Source: Lingula anatina (taxonomy: Eukaryota; Animalia; Brachiopoda). From it: DNA of 64,000 nt. The notes beneath the pieces were generated by a model. That model did not search any database. It saw nothing but the letters and a program-made list of their open reading frames with translations, and had not been told where the DNA came from. Below are positions 26,918 to 41,900 of this stretch, in pieces. Numbering within the stretch: position 1 is the stretch's first letter; each line of letters opens with the position of its first letter. The translations under genes were made by a program, and so were the position numbers. Location of the stretch: positions 33,604,001 to 33,668,000 of the forward strand of contig CM120642.1 in NCBI GenBank assembly GCA_051362555.1, written 5' to 3'.

Positions 26918-29900
26918 ATTTCCCTCCCATTTCATCATAAGTCTCCAATAACTGCAGTCTCCAATCAGTCTCTCAGCTACAAAAGCATTCCGTGGCACTT
27001 TAGCCTGATCTGTGACAGAGAGAAACTCTTCAGCTGACATGGAAACCCTTGATATAATACTGAAGTGGGAGTTGCAATATTTCAGTCTAACAAAGCCCAT
27101 CAAGTTTTTCACTTGTTTCCTGTTCAAACACTTCCCAGTGCCTGTAAATAGAGGACAGAAATCGCTGTAAACAGAGGACAGAAATTGCTGTAAACAGAGG
27201 ACAGAAATTGCTGTAAACAGAGGACAGAAATCGCTGTAAACAGAGGACAGAAATTGCTGTAAACAGAGGACAGAAATCCTCTCAATGTCAGGTAACTGTG
27301 GCTGATCACAGTGTGGCTGATTACAATGGCTGACCTCTCAGTGCCAGGACAGTGTATACAGAAACTTACGCCCCCCCCTCACAGTGAGTTAAGTCGTCCT
27401 AGCTTGTGGGCACTTAATCCATGGAGACTCTTGTTAAATGAAATCACTGGTTAACAGACTATCACTCATCCTCCTGTTGCCAACATACTCATATAATCAT
27501 GAGCTTCTTCGTATCATAATTGATGCAACGAAGAGATGGGGCAGGGGAAGTCAGCCCCTGTACAACGTAACTGGATATACTTCCACATATCATTCAGTCT
27601 TGAATAATACACAATACATTCCTTAACATTTTAAACACTGAAAGAATCATATCCAAACACTACCGAGTTGAGGTAATAAAACTTTTCTAGTGATAAACAC
27701 CAAGTTGATGATGTGTTTTTTCAAAGGATGTTATCAACAGAGAAGATCTCCTGGGGACTGGGTTACAATAGAGCACCTGTAACAACAACCTGTAACAGTG
27801 GAAAAAACTTTTAAAAACTGGCCTTGGAACTGTAACAATAGGAGAAACCCCAACAAACAGAGCCACACTGTATGGCTATCATCCCCGCTGAACAACATGT
27901 GATCTCTGTTTTTCCAAACTGTGTGTGTTATCCTCAGATGGTCAGTGTCACAGATACATATAAAATTTATTTCTATTATTTCTTTAAATCTGCCCTGGGG
28001 TCACTATGTGTATGAACCTGTGGTCAACTTATCAATGAGATCTTATCAAAAGGAACAAAACAACAACCCTCAACCAGAGATATTTGTTCTGTGATTCATC
28101 ATTTTTTTAAAACTTCAAAAGTTCTCTGTAGTGGTCCAGTAATGTGGTCCGGCTACCCTGGACACTGCCCAAGACTGCCTGCAGCGGTCACAGGATCACA
28201 CCATCCAGCCGTTTTGTCTTCACTGACCAGACCATGAAATATGTACTACAACCTTTTTTTCTTCTCTGACCATTGTCCGACAGATGCCCTGAGGGCACTG
28301 GACATGGCTGTTACCCAGCTCTGCCCAAACAATACTTGTCTTGTATTACATATATATATCAATTTCAGACATATGAAAATGTGATAACAAGAGACGGTAG
28401 TCTTTAAGCCCCTTTTTTGGCATACACTTACCTTCCACCAACAGCAAAATCAGAGATGGCATAGAAGTAGGATTTGAGAACCTTAGAGTCTCCGAACACT
28501 TCGTCTCCAAAAGTGTTCAGTCTGTTCAAAGTAATCATGATGTCCGTAGCTGTCACCCATTCCTACAATGGAAGATTTTATCAACATGTTTATAAGAGTC
28601 TTAAATAAAATATTGATAGGGCCTACTATTAAACAGTGTTTCTAGAAATGGCTGAAATAAAGATTTCATGAAAGCAGTAAACATCGAGATAATTTATTAC
28701 TTCAGGGGACATTAAATAAAATAAATAAAAAAAGTTCTATCTTACTTTCAGTTTATGGAGGAAATTTATTGCACATATCTTGGTTTCCATCACTTTTTTC
28801 TCCCAAACATTTGACACCCATATGACAGTGTGTTATCTGGAGGCCATATACTTTTACTAGGCCAGTCATTATCATTCAGTAACACAGCTATATGGTTGCT
28901 CTGATTATATGGTCTTATAATAAATTATTATCTTAAATGGGATGAAGATTATAGAGGGAATTTTAAAGTGCAGATCTTGTCAAGGGACTGTTTAATAAAA
29001 CCTGCCAATCACACTGGGTTAAAAGGCTGAAGTTTGAACAAAAAGCTGTTAAAATGAAAAAAGACCTTCCCGTTACTTTTCCATGCTTTGTGTTTTATGC
29101 CTCTCATTCAGCAGTGAAAATTTCACCCCATTAGGAAGTTTTATGATGCCTGTACAGTCATTCACCTCAAACGCCCCTTGAATTAGGCATATAATAAATG
29201 ACCCAGGCATGCTCACAATACTGAGCTTTTGACACAAACTGAAATTAAATTCAGTCAATTTTTTTTTTACTTTTCTTTTTTAGGCAGGGGTTCAAGACTT
29301 GGAATGCAGATCATCTTGGACATAATGATCATGGGGACTTTTGCCTCAGTTATTGATTAAAAAATTTTAACTGTAATAAACAATAAACAAAATGCGACCT
29401 CACTCTACCTGTGCACCATAAATAAAGTGATGCAACTTCAATATAGTTTTAAAGACTGAGTAGAGAGTGATTCCTCATATGGACAGAAAATGAATTCTAG
29501 CAGAGTTCTCAGGATACGTTGCTCTGAAGTGGGGATACAGATTGTCTGATGTTTAAATATATGTGGTCATATTATCATGTTATTAACAAGTTTGTGGCAG
29601 CTCAGTGGTTTCTGTGTCGCTGAGAGGTTCTAAATTATCTGGCAGACAACCGACTTAAGAGTACTGACAACCATTACAACTATTTAAGGAAGCGCTGAAG
29701 TGGGGAGCAATTCCGTGACTAGCATTCATTTTTTTCTTCGACTTAAAGAGTTCATTATAACTGGCACTTTAGTAGGGGGGAAAAACCTCCTAAATTTTTT
29801 CTCAAACAGCCCATTTTGTACATCTCAAAAATTAACAGGTACTTCAAAGTGATTAAATCATGGTGACAGTTGTAAAAACTGAAAATCCTGAGAACATAGC

Positions 29901-32900
29901 TTGAAATTTCTCACCACATTTAGACCATATGCTAAAAAAAATCAAATTGAAGACTGAAAATCATGAAATCAGGCATAAGCCTGAAAACTTTCAACCATGC
30001 ACATTTCATTTTTGGCAGCATCCTGAACAAAGATCTGTACAGTTTTTCTCCATACTTTCTCCTCTCCAAGCCATAAAATGCTGGCAGAATGCACCAACAT
30101 AACCTATCACTTACTTGCAGCACTGGGCTAGAATCAAAACTTGTGGCACTCGGTCGTCCCTCAAGAGTACTGAAAGCCACGTTTCCTCCTGTCAGAGGAG
30201 AGATATCGCTGTATTCTTCCGTACATATTGCCTTAGTCTCGTCTGCTCGTGTAATGATTTCCCGCCTGCGTTTGCGATATGTCTGTTCACACGAGGCACT
30301 GTAATACTGATAGGGAAGAAAGCGACCATCCTGCGATGTTCGTTTGTAAATGGTGAAACTCTCTGGCCTTGGGGAATGGAATTTTAATCTCACGTATGTG
30401 ATATCATATGATTTTCCTGAAAAAAAGGAAACAGAAAAATTCATTTAAGTATTTAATTTTGCACTTGGGAAATTACATTTCTATGTATTGTAAACACAGG
30501 CACAGGTTTTACCCACTGGTTGAACTGATCATTACAATGCAGGCCACATCTTTCATACATAATAGTAAAGTTGATTATCTGAGGATAACATGTGACCTAC
30601 ATCCAAACTAAATACTAGAAACTTACTCTGTCCAAATGAAAAAAAAAAACCTAAGCTATATCCAGCAGGCATTCACATATAAAACAACTGTTACATTGTG
30701 TGATTTACAACTGATTTTCACTTTTTTATCATAAATCAAGCAAAAGTAAATAATTTATGACAATATTTTGATAATGATGATAATCACATCATATTAGTTG
30801 AAGATAACACAACCAAACTTGTCCCACATATTGATGAAGTTCACAGGTCTTTCCTTTTTTTAACGAACCAGATTTTTTTATCTTTCAGCAGCTATTAACC
30901 ATCAATGAACTGTTGCATTTATGACAGTAACATAGGAAGCATTGGCATATCTAGAGGGACTGCCATTCTGCAAAGTGAAGTGAACCAAACCTCAGCAGAG
31001 ACAACTTAGTTCTATGGAAATACATTCCAGCTGAAACTTGAACATTTTTTCTAATTTGTACAAGAGACTGTAAAAACAAGTTAGTTTGCAGCCATATATA
31101 ATTGACATGTATTTGCCATAAATCTTTACCATGTTTAGTAGCTGACACATTCACATACAACAGAGAAATGTTGACATTTCAAAACCCAGAAAAAAAACAC
31201 TAAAAACTGTTCACACTTTATTACACAGACCCACTTAAATTAAATCCAAAGCATGTACAGAAAACCTTCCCACTGTCTTTGCAATAGAAGAATTCCATAG
31301 ATAAGATAAGAATTACTTCAACGGACATCTTCACTTTTTCATCCTCCTCAGATACAGAGTGTGACCCTGCCATTTTGTTGTAACTGTCAATTATAATCAG
31401 TGACAACAAAGCAGTATGCCGCCAGGGTGACAGCACAGTGCGCCACAGATGTGGAGGTCACAAGTTACCAATAAAAATACACAGTTTACACCGACTTCAA
31501 CTCACATCTTGCTAACTTTATGATCAACCTGCTGTCAAATTGAACGAAAACATTAAATTGCCTGTCAAAAGTATGAAGTTACTTGTTCACAGAAGAAACA
31601 AAGGCTGATAAAATTAGAATGTATTAAGAAGATCATTTTATTCTCTGTGTACTAGTAAATCAATATTACATACAAATGCAAATAATCAATATTTAGGATT
31701 CCACCCCCTTCTCCCCCCCCCATCCCCTCCCTCTCCCAGTCACTGTCAAGTTCGCTCTCCCTGACACCAGAAGTAAACCAGTGTTGAAGGGAGCCAGCTC
31801 CCAACCTAATGTAGCAGAGATTAGAATCACATGGCAGCCATTAGCCAGATGGTCGACTACTTTGTACAGGGCAGGGTCACAACTTAATAGGCACTTTCTA
31901 CTCTCTTCATTTTGTACTGAATTAAAATATGAAGAAAAATACTGACCCTAAGAAGAACAACATTAGCCTGCTAGTGAAGTGCACATGACTGACCCCAACA
32001 CCCATTGCTATAGTTTTCCATGAAATTTATGAGATAAATAGAAAAAAAAACATGCCGGGTCTCAAATAATGTTAAAGTAGCCATTTGAAGAGGATTTCAA
32101 AGAATTCCCAATATTATGGAAGGCATAAAACTGAATAACTTCACAATTTTTATCAATTTTTCCAGATTTGGTGGTAAATTAAAAATTTCATTAGGATATG
32201 TTTTGCCAAAAAGGTAAGGGTTAATTATATGTGTGAAAAGAGAATTGAGATATAACAATGTATTAGCACTTCAAACAGCATAAAATAAAGGGTATGAAAC
32301 TGAAGAAGTTCACCAAATTCTTAAAATTTTACAGATTTGCCAGCAAGTTATCTTATATTGATACATGTGGTTGATAATGACAGAAGAAAGCCAGGTAAAA
32401 TTTTCTTATATTATCCTCAAGGTACAGCATACAGACAAAGCTACTTGCTAACAGGAGCCATGCCATCATTCTGTATGCTAAAGTTGTGGTACAGCTGGTC
32501 AGAAATAGACAGCAAGTCTAAAGGAAGGATACAAGCCAAGGTTTTTTTTCCTCAACACCTCGCCTGCCCGTCTTTATAAGCCAATGGTTTAGAAGCATGA
32601 TAATATGTGAGCCAGAGAAATGCATACAAGTGACTGGGCATTATACCTCCCTTAAAATAACTCATAAAACTTTAACAAATGAACAAAAGCAGGGCAGAAC
32701 TAAATGTAGGTCAGATTTTTTTTTCAAATACTGCACTCAAAACTGTGTTCACTACCCAGTATTTAAATCAAAATAAATCTACTTTCATTAAACTTGTTTA
32801 ATGTTACCTGGTTATACATATGATCTATCAGAGAGTCAGCAATGCTCAAAGAGAACAGGGATAAAGTGTCACTGAGGTCATGTCATTTCTCCTCTGATGT

Positions 32901-35900
32901 TTTTCAAAATGACACTAGCTGCGTTCACAGCCTGATCAAGCTTAGCCTTTGTGCCTTCTTCTCTAACACCACCCTGCCTGTACCCCCCACCCTACAATCC
33001 CCAAATCTTTGCTTCCTATGTCAAGCTGACCAATAACCTGGTAACAGATACCCCATTCACACTACAGTTGCCAAAATGCGCATTTCTATAATTCGGATTT
33101 TTCGTAAGGAATCCGATTCGGTATTGCGTTCACACTCGCTAAGCGAATCCGAATCCCATGTTGAAAATTTCAGGTTTAACTTCCTGTTTTGAACACTCGC
33201 GCATGCGCCGCACAGGAAATCTTAAAATACCAACAAAAATTTGTGACGACAAATGCAACTCAGAAGACATTCCAGCATTATTGAGAAGTATAAGGTGGCA
33301 AAAAAAGTTTGTTTCCTCATGTTGTAGTGAGTGGTGACCTCCAAATACGTTTGGTGCAATCGCTAAAGTAATAAACAAGCGTTCATAGATATCCGCACTT
33401 ATCAGCACACATGCGCAGTAAGATCTGTACAGGTGTCGATTCCGGTAAGTTATCCGGATCGCGCTTAGAAATCCACTTCGCTTGCAGGATTTTGAAAATG
33501 CGCATTACAAAAATCCTCTTGCGTTCACACTACTGCATTTATTCGAATTGTGACCTAATTCGCAATTTATCCGGATAACTGAGCATAGTGTGAACGGGGT
33601 AATATACTGGACTAAACTGTGTGTAAGTTAAAACCCATGTGAATACAGTCTGGCCTATTTCTAGGGTTTCATTTATATATTTCATGATGTAATATAAGAA
33701 CAGCAGTATGGTTAAGGAAGAAAAATCCGACTTTGTTCTAATTTGAAAAAAAAAATGTGTGAACTAGGAAGAAATCCATGTCTATATATAATAAGTTTAT
33801 CCAATCAGTCTCAATGATTCCTTGCCATATAGCAGCACAGCTAATATCCTGTCCTGCAAACGACCAAAATGATGCCATGTGTTGGCATGCCTGTAACATG
33901 GCTCAGAACACCAGGTTCACATCAACAGAAAACCAAACTGGTTCTGGTATGTTTCATCTGACAGCATTGGCTGATAATGGCTTGTCTTGTTACAGCGTCC
34001 ACCTATTCTATGGCCACACCTGGTCCGTTCAGGCGGTGCACTGCTGGGCTGGCAACTCCTGAACCAGTCTTGATATTTTCCATGTGAACACACTCATAAA
34101 ATTCCAACTTTTCAAAATGTTTGTAAACAGAATGGTTCTCCTGTAGATGTCTATTTACTCTATTACTCATTGTATTTTCCAAACTTCAGTGACTGGCTGT
34201 AACAATACAACTTCCAGACACAACTAACTTCCCCTCCATAATGTCAGCACCCATTCAATTGCTACATATGGAGACTTATAAAGGTGAAATTACTTCCATC
34301 CTTCTGCCTCTGTAAGTGTGCAAACTGTGCTTGTACTAAAACTACCTTCTTTAAAATCAACTTTCACATTTTTTTGGGCCAGTCTAACTCCTGTCTAGCC
34401 TACGAGTACTTTTGCCAACACTCAAGTCTAAAAAAACCTTACTGCTTCCCTCTTCAGGCTTTTAATTGACAATATTATGGATGCATACGCTTTATATTGC
34501 TTAATACTTAATCATGTATCTAAAAATCAAGCCCAATGAGAGGAGCATTCATCCACTGCTGGCAGTAAATCACTGGTGGAATTCCTCTCTGTACTTCTCA
34601 ATGCACAGGGTCAGTGCACACTTCTAAATATCCAGACACAGTTTATAAACTTTGTCAGATGCACAGATAAATGCCCTCAGCCTTTCTAGCACTACTTCCA
34701 AAGTTCACCGTCTGCCTGGTCTTCTAGCATGGTACATCTCTGATCTCTACTACTACACCCAGAACTTTGAGGCAAGCAGAAACTTTATCATGAAGAGTAA
34801 TGGACTGCTACACATTATTCTTTATCCATAGCAGCCAACTTAACAATACTGCCTTGAGATATAAGGAAGATTAATCTTTTAAATATGTTTTTTTTTTCAA
34901 AATAATAATACTCCAGAATTATGACATTATTTTTTGTGTCATCTAGTTGTAAAAGTTCATGGGTGTAAGAGTTTGTGCAGATAAGTACATGTGAACATGA
35001 ATATTCTTTAAAGCTTTTGCAGGTACAATACAAGTGACATCCACAATATTACTTCTCCAGTACACACTACTGCTACAGCCATAACACAATCAAGTTAACA
35101 CCTCTTTAAAGGGTAAACAGTCTGAAATAGCTAATTCCACTGAGGCATCTCCTGTAGCCAGTTATTACCTCAACTCAGGCTCAGGTAAACTATTAGACAA
35201 CTTTCTTCTACCTGAAGGGAGGTACCTTTTCATGTTAATGGAGCTTTTCCAAGTCAGGTTTTCAGCCAGCTTTAAAATTAAGCACTGAAAGTGTTTTGGG
35301 TCTAAAACACAAGACACCCATTTTAGCCCTTGGTGCAGGATTTATTAGTTTGAAGCACAGTGAGCTCTCTCTGATGGACAGCTGAGTTAAAAAGACCTTG
35401 TCCTCTCTCACACATCTTTACCTGGGGGGGGGGATTTTAATTGCCTAGGTATGTGATAGACCAGATATTATTTCAGCCAACAAGAAATATGGTGGTGGCT
35501 CAAGTCTGTTAACTGACCATGGCCTTACTGGTCATCCTATCCCTGGCCACTAGGGATACTGTCCCTCAACATTAGGGTTATCTCTGACCATTAGGGATAC
35601 TATGCCTGACCACTGGGGAAGTAGGCATGACCAACCCTGAAAGGAAGGCATCGTAATATGTCCAGCAGCCGGTCAGTAAGTCCATTGTGTCCAGTTAAAC
35701 GGTCATTTTTGTGGCATAGAAATGGCCAAGGTGTGATGTCCATTGTCCATACAACACCTCCACTGACCATGGCTGGCTACCTCACAGCCATCAGAGATAC
35801 CAAACTTACTGGCCCAATAAATAAACCCCAGTCATATACCTCAAGGCTGCCATATTCCATAGAGATCCAGCAGTAGTCATAAGGAATTTATAACAGTAAT

Positions 35901-38900
35901 TAAGTCATTAACAGTCTCATTACAATCAATTACAGACCATTTAGCCCCATACAGTTAGCATACTGTTCCCCCAGCTGGGTTTATCAGTGAATTAATGGGG
36001 GGCATCTGTTCACATGTCATCAGATCAACATCTCAGTAGTCAGCCCAGCAGAAGCCATCTTCACACTGCTTCACTCACTTTAGATCATTTTCAACTTTCA
36101 ACTTAAACCCATCATAGAATACTAACTCCAGGCAATAGATGTTTGGACTGCAATTAAGCTGCCATGTAAATCCTGGAGTTCAGAAGTCAGGAGTTAGTAT
36201 CGAAAGACTATTAGTAACTGAGGAATAACTTTTAATTCCAGCATGTCCTAGACTGGGGTTGAATTGCAATCGAGCAGGCTGCTTTATAGAATCAGTTAAA
36301 CAATGGTTTGAGTCAAAATGCTAATGCAATCAGCCTACTATCCCCCTCCCCCCAATAATTGCTATACTCCACTCCATTTCAGAGCCACTCAAGTAGCTTA
36401 CATATATCAGAATTAGACCGGTTCAGAACCAATGTTTTGTGCAAGAGTGAACAGAGCCAGACTTCTCTCTCCACAGGTAATTAGTTCCTTGTAGTAATGT
36501 AGAGTAACTTACACCTGTCCTTAATGAAGTATTTTGTAGATATTTCACCTACTGGTGTTCACAGATAAGAACACACTTACTCTCAGCTAGGAAGACATGA
36601 GTATGTGTGGATACATGAGGAATTTTAATCTGACCACCCAACCTGACCTTATGCATATCTCATCTTCAGATTGCCCCTTATTTTCCGTATCCCCACACTT
36701 GACATGTTAGGGTATATGGAGTTTGTTTCATTAGGACAGCGGAGCACCATAATTTTTTAAAATATGAAATTGGAGTTGCTAATGTTGATTTTTGCTACCA
36801 ACTTATTTTTGCAGGCTCTGTGACAGAAAAGAGACTTCTATATCTGGTAGAAAGGGTCAGTGACTGGTGGTGTGCGTGGTGTGTGTGCATGGATGTGTGT
36901 GTGTGTGCGCGCACACCTATCTACCCACTCACCTATCTACCCTATCTACCCACATGTATATGTTTAAATAGAACTTAAATACATATATCAATTTGTGTTT
37001 GTGTCTTTATTTTCAAACATGTTCCAGAATAGGCCAAAGCAGTTATTACTAGGATATAAACCAGTGGTCAATAAAAGAGGTAGACTGTATACAGCAATAG
37101 TGAATGGAGTAAAGAAGACCATTTCCTCAGCTACACCATCACCTTGGTTTATTACCAATGGTCCCATTATGATCACCTCATCTGTTCATTTATACAACAT
37201 CAAAATGAGACTTTGATGTCTAACATCAGAATAACTTTGTATTCCATTTGTACTTCAATTCCTAAGCCATCATTCAAATGACCAATGAGACATCCATCAA
37301 GTGACCAACGAGACATCCATCAAGTGACCACCAGGACTGCTGGACAATGGTCACCACAGTACAAATGACTAATATTTCACTGTTACACTGGCTGTAGACT
37401 ATCAATGGAACTGTTCTGGTCCTTACACCATGTCTTCAATAAGAGAGAAATCATCTAAGAGTGGGAATTCTCTACTTGAGAAAATTTGCTGCCATAGAAT
37501 TGACATCTATCAACAGAGCTTTTTGTTCATTTTTTATTCACTATCAGTATTGTCACTAGAAATGTTTCATTTATCTGATGACTTATATCAATGCAATATC
37601 TTTCTACTTATAACGTAAAGATTTTATGCCAACCTAACTCTATCAATAAACATCTTCACATTGACAGTTCAATGTTTGAGAAATAATTAACCTTAATGTG
37701 GCTCTAACCTTGAGGAATATACAACTAGAATCTATTTTATACGTTAATGTTGAAACTTTGTCCGACATATCATCCACCTATCATGTAATCTAAGAGATGC
37801 ACCAGTATGCATCTTAACTGCACACAAGGTTCCCTTAATCTCCTCCATCTCTTTGTATACCTTTTGTAATTAACACTTTATCACTGATTAAGTTAATATC
37901 CCTCCATTAACATCCTGTTTAACTCACATAATCACCTGTGTGTGCATAATGTCTCACTACATTACTCCAGTGATCTACCTGGCTTTAGAGAGAAAACTAA
38001 AGTACACAGCTAACGCTGCACTAAAAACCCAATGAAAGACACCTTCAAGGTGAAGAAATTCTATTTTTATACCTTTTCCTGACAAAATGACTAAAATAAC
38101 ACTAAATTGCATTTGACTTAATTTTTATTTTTACCTTAACTGATTTAGTTCTGAATGACAAACTTATTTTGAAAGACAGTAAAATGTAATAGTTTTTATT
38201 TACATGGGAAGCCCTGTCAATCACTTTCATATCCACATCATGTACAAAAGTAAGAAATAAAATTATTTATTAAAACATATCATAACCCATAGGAAAAAGA
38301 CCGGACATATTTCCATATGGTTATAAGCCCCATCTGGTCACTTCCAGGGTAATATTTGATAAAATAGCAAAGCTGCACATGGGCAAACAGAAGGGCTACT
38401 GGTGTTACCTCTCACCCCTACTGCCCTGTATTGCCCTGTATGGTCCCTTGATAGGCAATGAGGAGAACAATTACCAAAACCACATCCGACATCAGAGAAG
38501 ACCACAACCTCGTGTACCAGGCTACCTCTGGCCAGGAATTTCCCCTTCTGTGGCTTTAACAAATGACGTCATACTGGTATCTAGGTAAACACAGGGAATG
38601 TGAAACTTTATCAAAATCTGAAATATGCCTCGGTTCTTTCAGTAAAATGTGTGGACATGGTCTTGCTTTATTACTCAATGCAGTGGTTATGATTGAAAAG
38701 ATTTTTGAAAAAATTAGTTGATGTTGTGCTGTCAACAGCAAACATTTTCTTCACATATGGCAAAAATTACTACCCAGGACCCCATATCTGTGAATAACCT
38801 TCCATGACTCATCTTGACATGCATCTGCAGGGTATCTCTGACTTCATAAGATGGCCTTCTTCTCTTCGCAAGTATGTCATAGAAAAGGATTTGTTTCTTC

Positions 38901-41900
38901 AATCTTGTGTTTCTTATGTAACATATATAATAGGCTTGGTTCTACTTCTTCATTAGAATCTATACAACAAAGAAGCAGAACTCTACAGACTGCCGCCATT
39001 ACTAAATCTGACAAAACTTAAACCAGTTCTGAATCATTTTCAGTGACATCATCAGTCTGTTAAGAAGACCAGCTGGTTGCCAGCTCAGCAGCAGTTCACC
39101 TTGTCTCTGCAGTATCCATTAGCCCCCCTGGTGTACATTCACAAGTGTAATTTATTTCTATGCATTCACATTATATTCCCCAGTACTAGTATTTAAAACC
39201 AAAACTAAAGATGCCCTAGCACATTTGAGCAAAGATTATTATAAAACTAAAAACGGTGTATACCAAATAAATGACAGCCACACCACAGACAGAGGACATA
39301 TTAAACCTGTAGCAATCTCTTAGTCTGATGTCACAATCTAGGATGACTTCCAGACACAACCAAAGATATATCTCTATTTATATCCATACCTTAAAATGAC
39401 CCCGTCTCTATTTCCCCTGAAGTAATATAGTGTAAGAACACATAACACCTTCAAACCTCTAAGACACCCTCCCATTATGCGAGGCAACCACAGTGGCAAA
39501 GGTGAACCTGCCTCTGGTTTATTTTTTCTTCAACACAGACAAACCTCCAAGCTCACAACACATGTGTCTAGCCAGCTAAAACAACATTGGATGAACTAAG
39601 GTCCTTTTTCATTCATAGAAAGAAAACACAAATATGCAGTCCTTTTTCATTTATAGAAAGATGCCAAAAAATCAGTCAAATTGTAAAAATTTCTACGTGC
39701 AATAGATAAATGCAAAATAAAAATAAATTGGTTTCAATCTTTTAATCACACAAAAAAATACTGCAGATTATGAGATGACATAGAAGAAATAGTCTGAATC
39801 CACGCTCTCCTAAGACACTACAGTAAAGAAATTGACTCAAAATATTTCTGTGTAACAATAGTCCATAGACAAAAAAGTAAGGCATCATGAGTAAGGTAAT
39901 CACTTTCCTCAGTCTCCCTTCTGAATCTCGTCTTCAAACTACCTATCATTAATGCAAGTGGCATTAGCTTCCAAGACAATTCTTCATTTGTTTCCCTTTA
40001 AAAAAGCCAACTTTAACTCTTAAATTACTGCAGAAGATTAACAAAAACACATGTAGAAAGCAGCGAAAGAAGTCTGCCCTGTAACAATGGCGATATTGTC
40101 CCGCCACAAGCTGCTGTAAGCATTCCATTTCCTTCAAACAACACCACTAAACTGTACTTTTCAATTTGAAAGACAAATTGTGAGTTCAGCAAGTTCAGCT
40201 TCCCATATGTCTATATAGAGTTAGGAACAGTTTACCAAATGCTGACAGGATTTGTCAATATTTGTCTTAAATCTTGGCTGTAGTGTATGCATGATCTCAA
40301 CACTGTTCTTAACAATGTAACCACTATAAATGTAAAAAAAAATCTGCTGTAGGCATTTGACTTTTTCTAATGCCTGTTAATATAAAAGAACTCATTTATA
40401 TGAACCATGATAAAGATCAGATTTGAGCCATCTACATTTTTTCAAATTCAAAATGGAGACACTGTATGTGTTCCTAAAAACATATTTCCATCCTATATAA
40501 TCAATGAAGAGCGGATTCCTTGACCACATGCTGTCAACTGTCAATGACAGAATACAATCATTATACCATATACTTTAAGACAGAACAAACTGGCCTAGAA
40601 ATGGTTTATATCTTGGACCATATCAAAGGGTCCTGAAAAGGGCCATAGTTTCACATTCCAGGAGTCAACTTCAAGTTTTAAGAAATAAATACCTATAGCC
40701 TTGGTAGGGCATGGCAATGCCTATTACACCCACACACAACTGAACATTACAAGTGAACCCTGCCAACCTTTGCACTACAGACGGCTGACATTAGGACTGT
40801 AGAGAAAATGTTTGGTATTTCAAGACTACGCAACAAACCAAATACCCTGTGAGTATAGTTACTTATATACTGACTCTGTATACCCTCTTCTAAGTAGTAC
40901 AGATACAATAGAGATGATAATATTATAAACTGACACAGAAAAGTCACAGAGGATTTCTGACACTAGAGGAGGGTAAAAAATGATGTTCAATACACTGATA
41001 TCAACAGTGCTTAAAGACATTGATTGCTAACCAATACATATCAGTAAAAAGAGAGCCCAGACTCCCAGGGTGTCTTTCACGCCCCAAGTCCTGGTATTTC
41101 ACACTGCCCTCTATACACTAGTGGTAATAATGAGGGTCACGTCACAAGGGCTGGGGTTACAGGGGTGGACCAGATTGGATTACTACCCCACCATTGTCCT
41201 ACCTTGATCTTACAGTAATGTCATCTGTGGCTGAGGGTTGACTGGATACCTACTTACCTAATACTCCACCACTTTAAGTCGGGCTGCAGGAATAATTTAA
41301 ACTTGGGGCTCCATATTGTGAATATACACTGGAAGAGGTTAACTCAAAATAGGCATGTCTGCTGTATAGGCTAACTAGAGGGCAAGATGTCACTTTGCCT
41401 CCCTCAGTGTCACCATGAATAAGGTGACATAACACTTGGTTTTACTTGGTGACATCAGATACAGAGACTGTCTGCCTCTTTCTAAAACCTTAAAGCCTTT
41501 TACGGAGACCTATCGGATGCCCATCTATCCCATATCTAAGATTAAAGGCAAAGCCAATCTACGGACGGTTCTAAATTGCCACGGGATATTTAATTTTTGG
41601 AAAAATCCCTTTTACTCTCCTTGGCTAGACAGATAGCAATCTGATATGACTCTTAATATCAAAATTCTCACATAACACAGGTTTCTTTTACTCAAAATGG
41701 CTCTATTTCAACTTTCAACTAATTCAATTTAAGTCCGGAAATTCTTTGCTGCTTTATCTATCTCACTGCAATTCAGGAAAGAGGAGCATTATACCCTGCA
41801 AAACTCTTGCAGAGGTCCTCCAGCAAGCCTGCCAGTAGTTAAGATTTTTATTTCGGTCTTTGGAGATACTTTTGTTTCTTTTATTTTCTTCAACAAATTT

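Noticed and set aside
27142-27278. CRISPR-like array
   Set aside because: Head-to-tail repeats without spacers, eukaryotic intron, no cas genes.
27370-27440. Another alternative coding first exon before the GTAAGT donor near 27369
   Set aside because: The nearest ATG is followed by an immediate stop; no signal peptide. A non-coding exon cannot be excluded.
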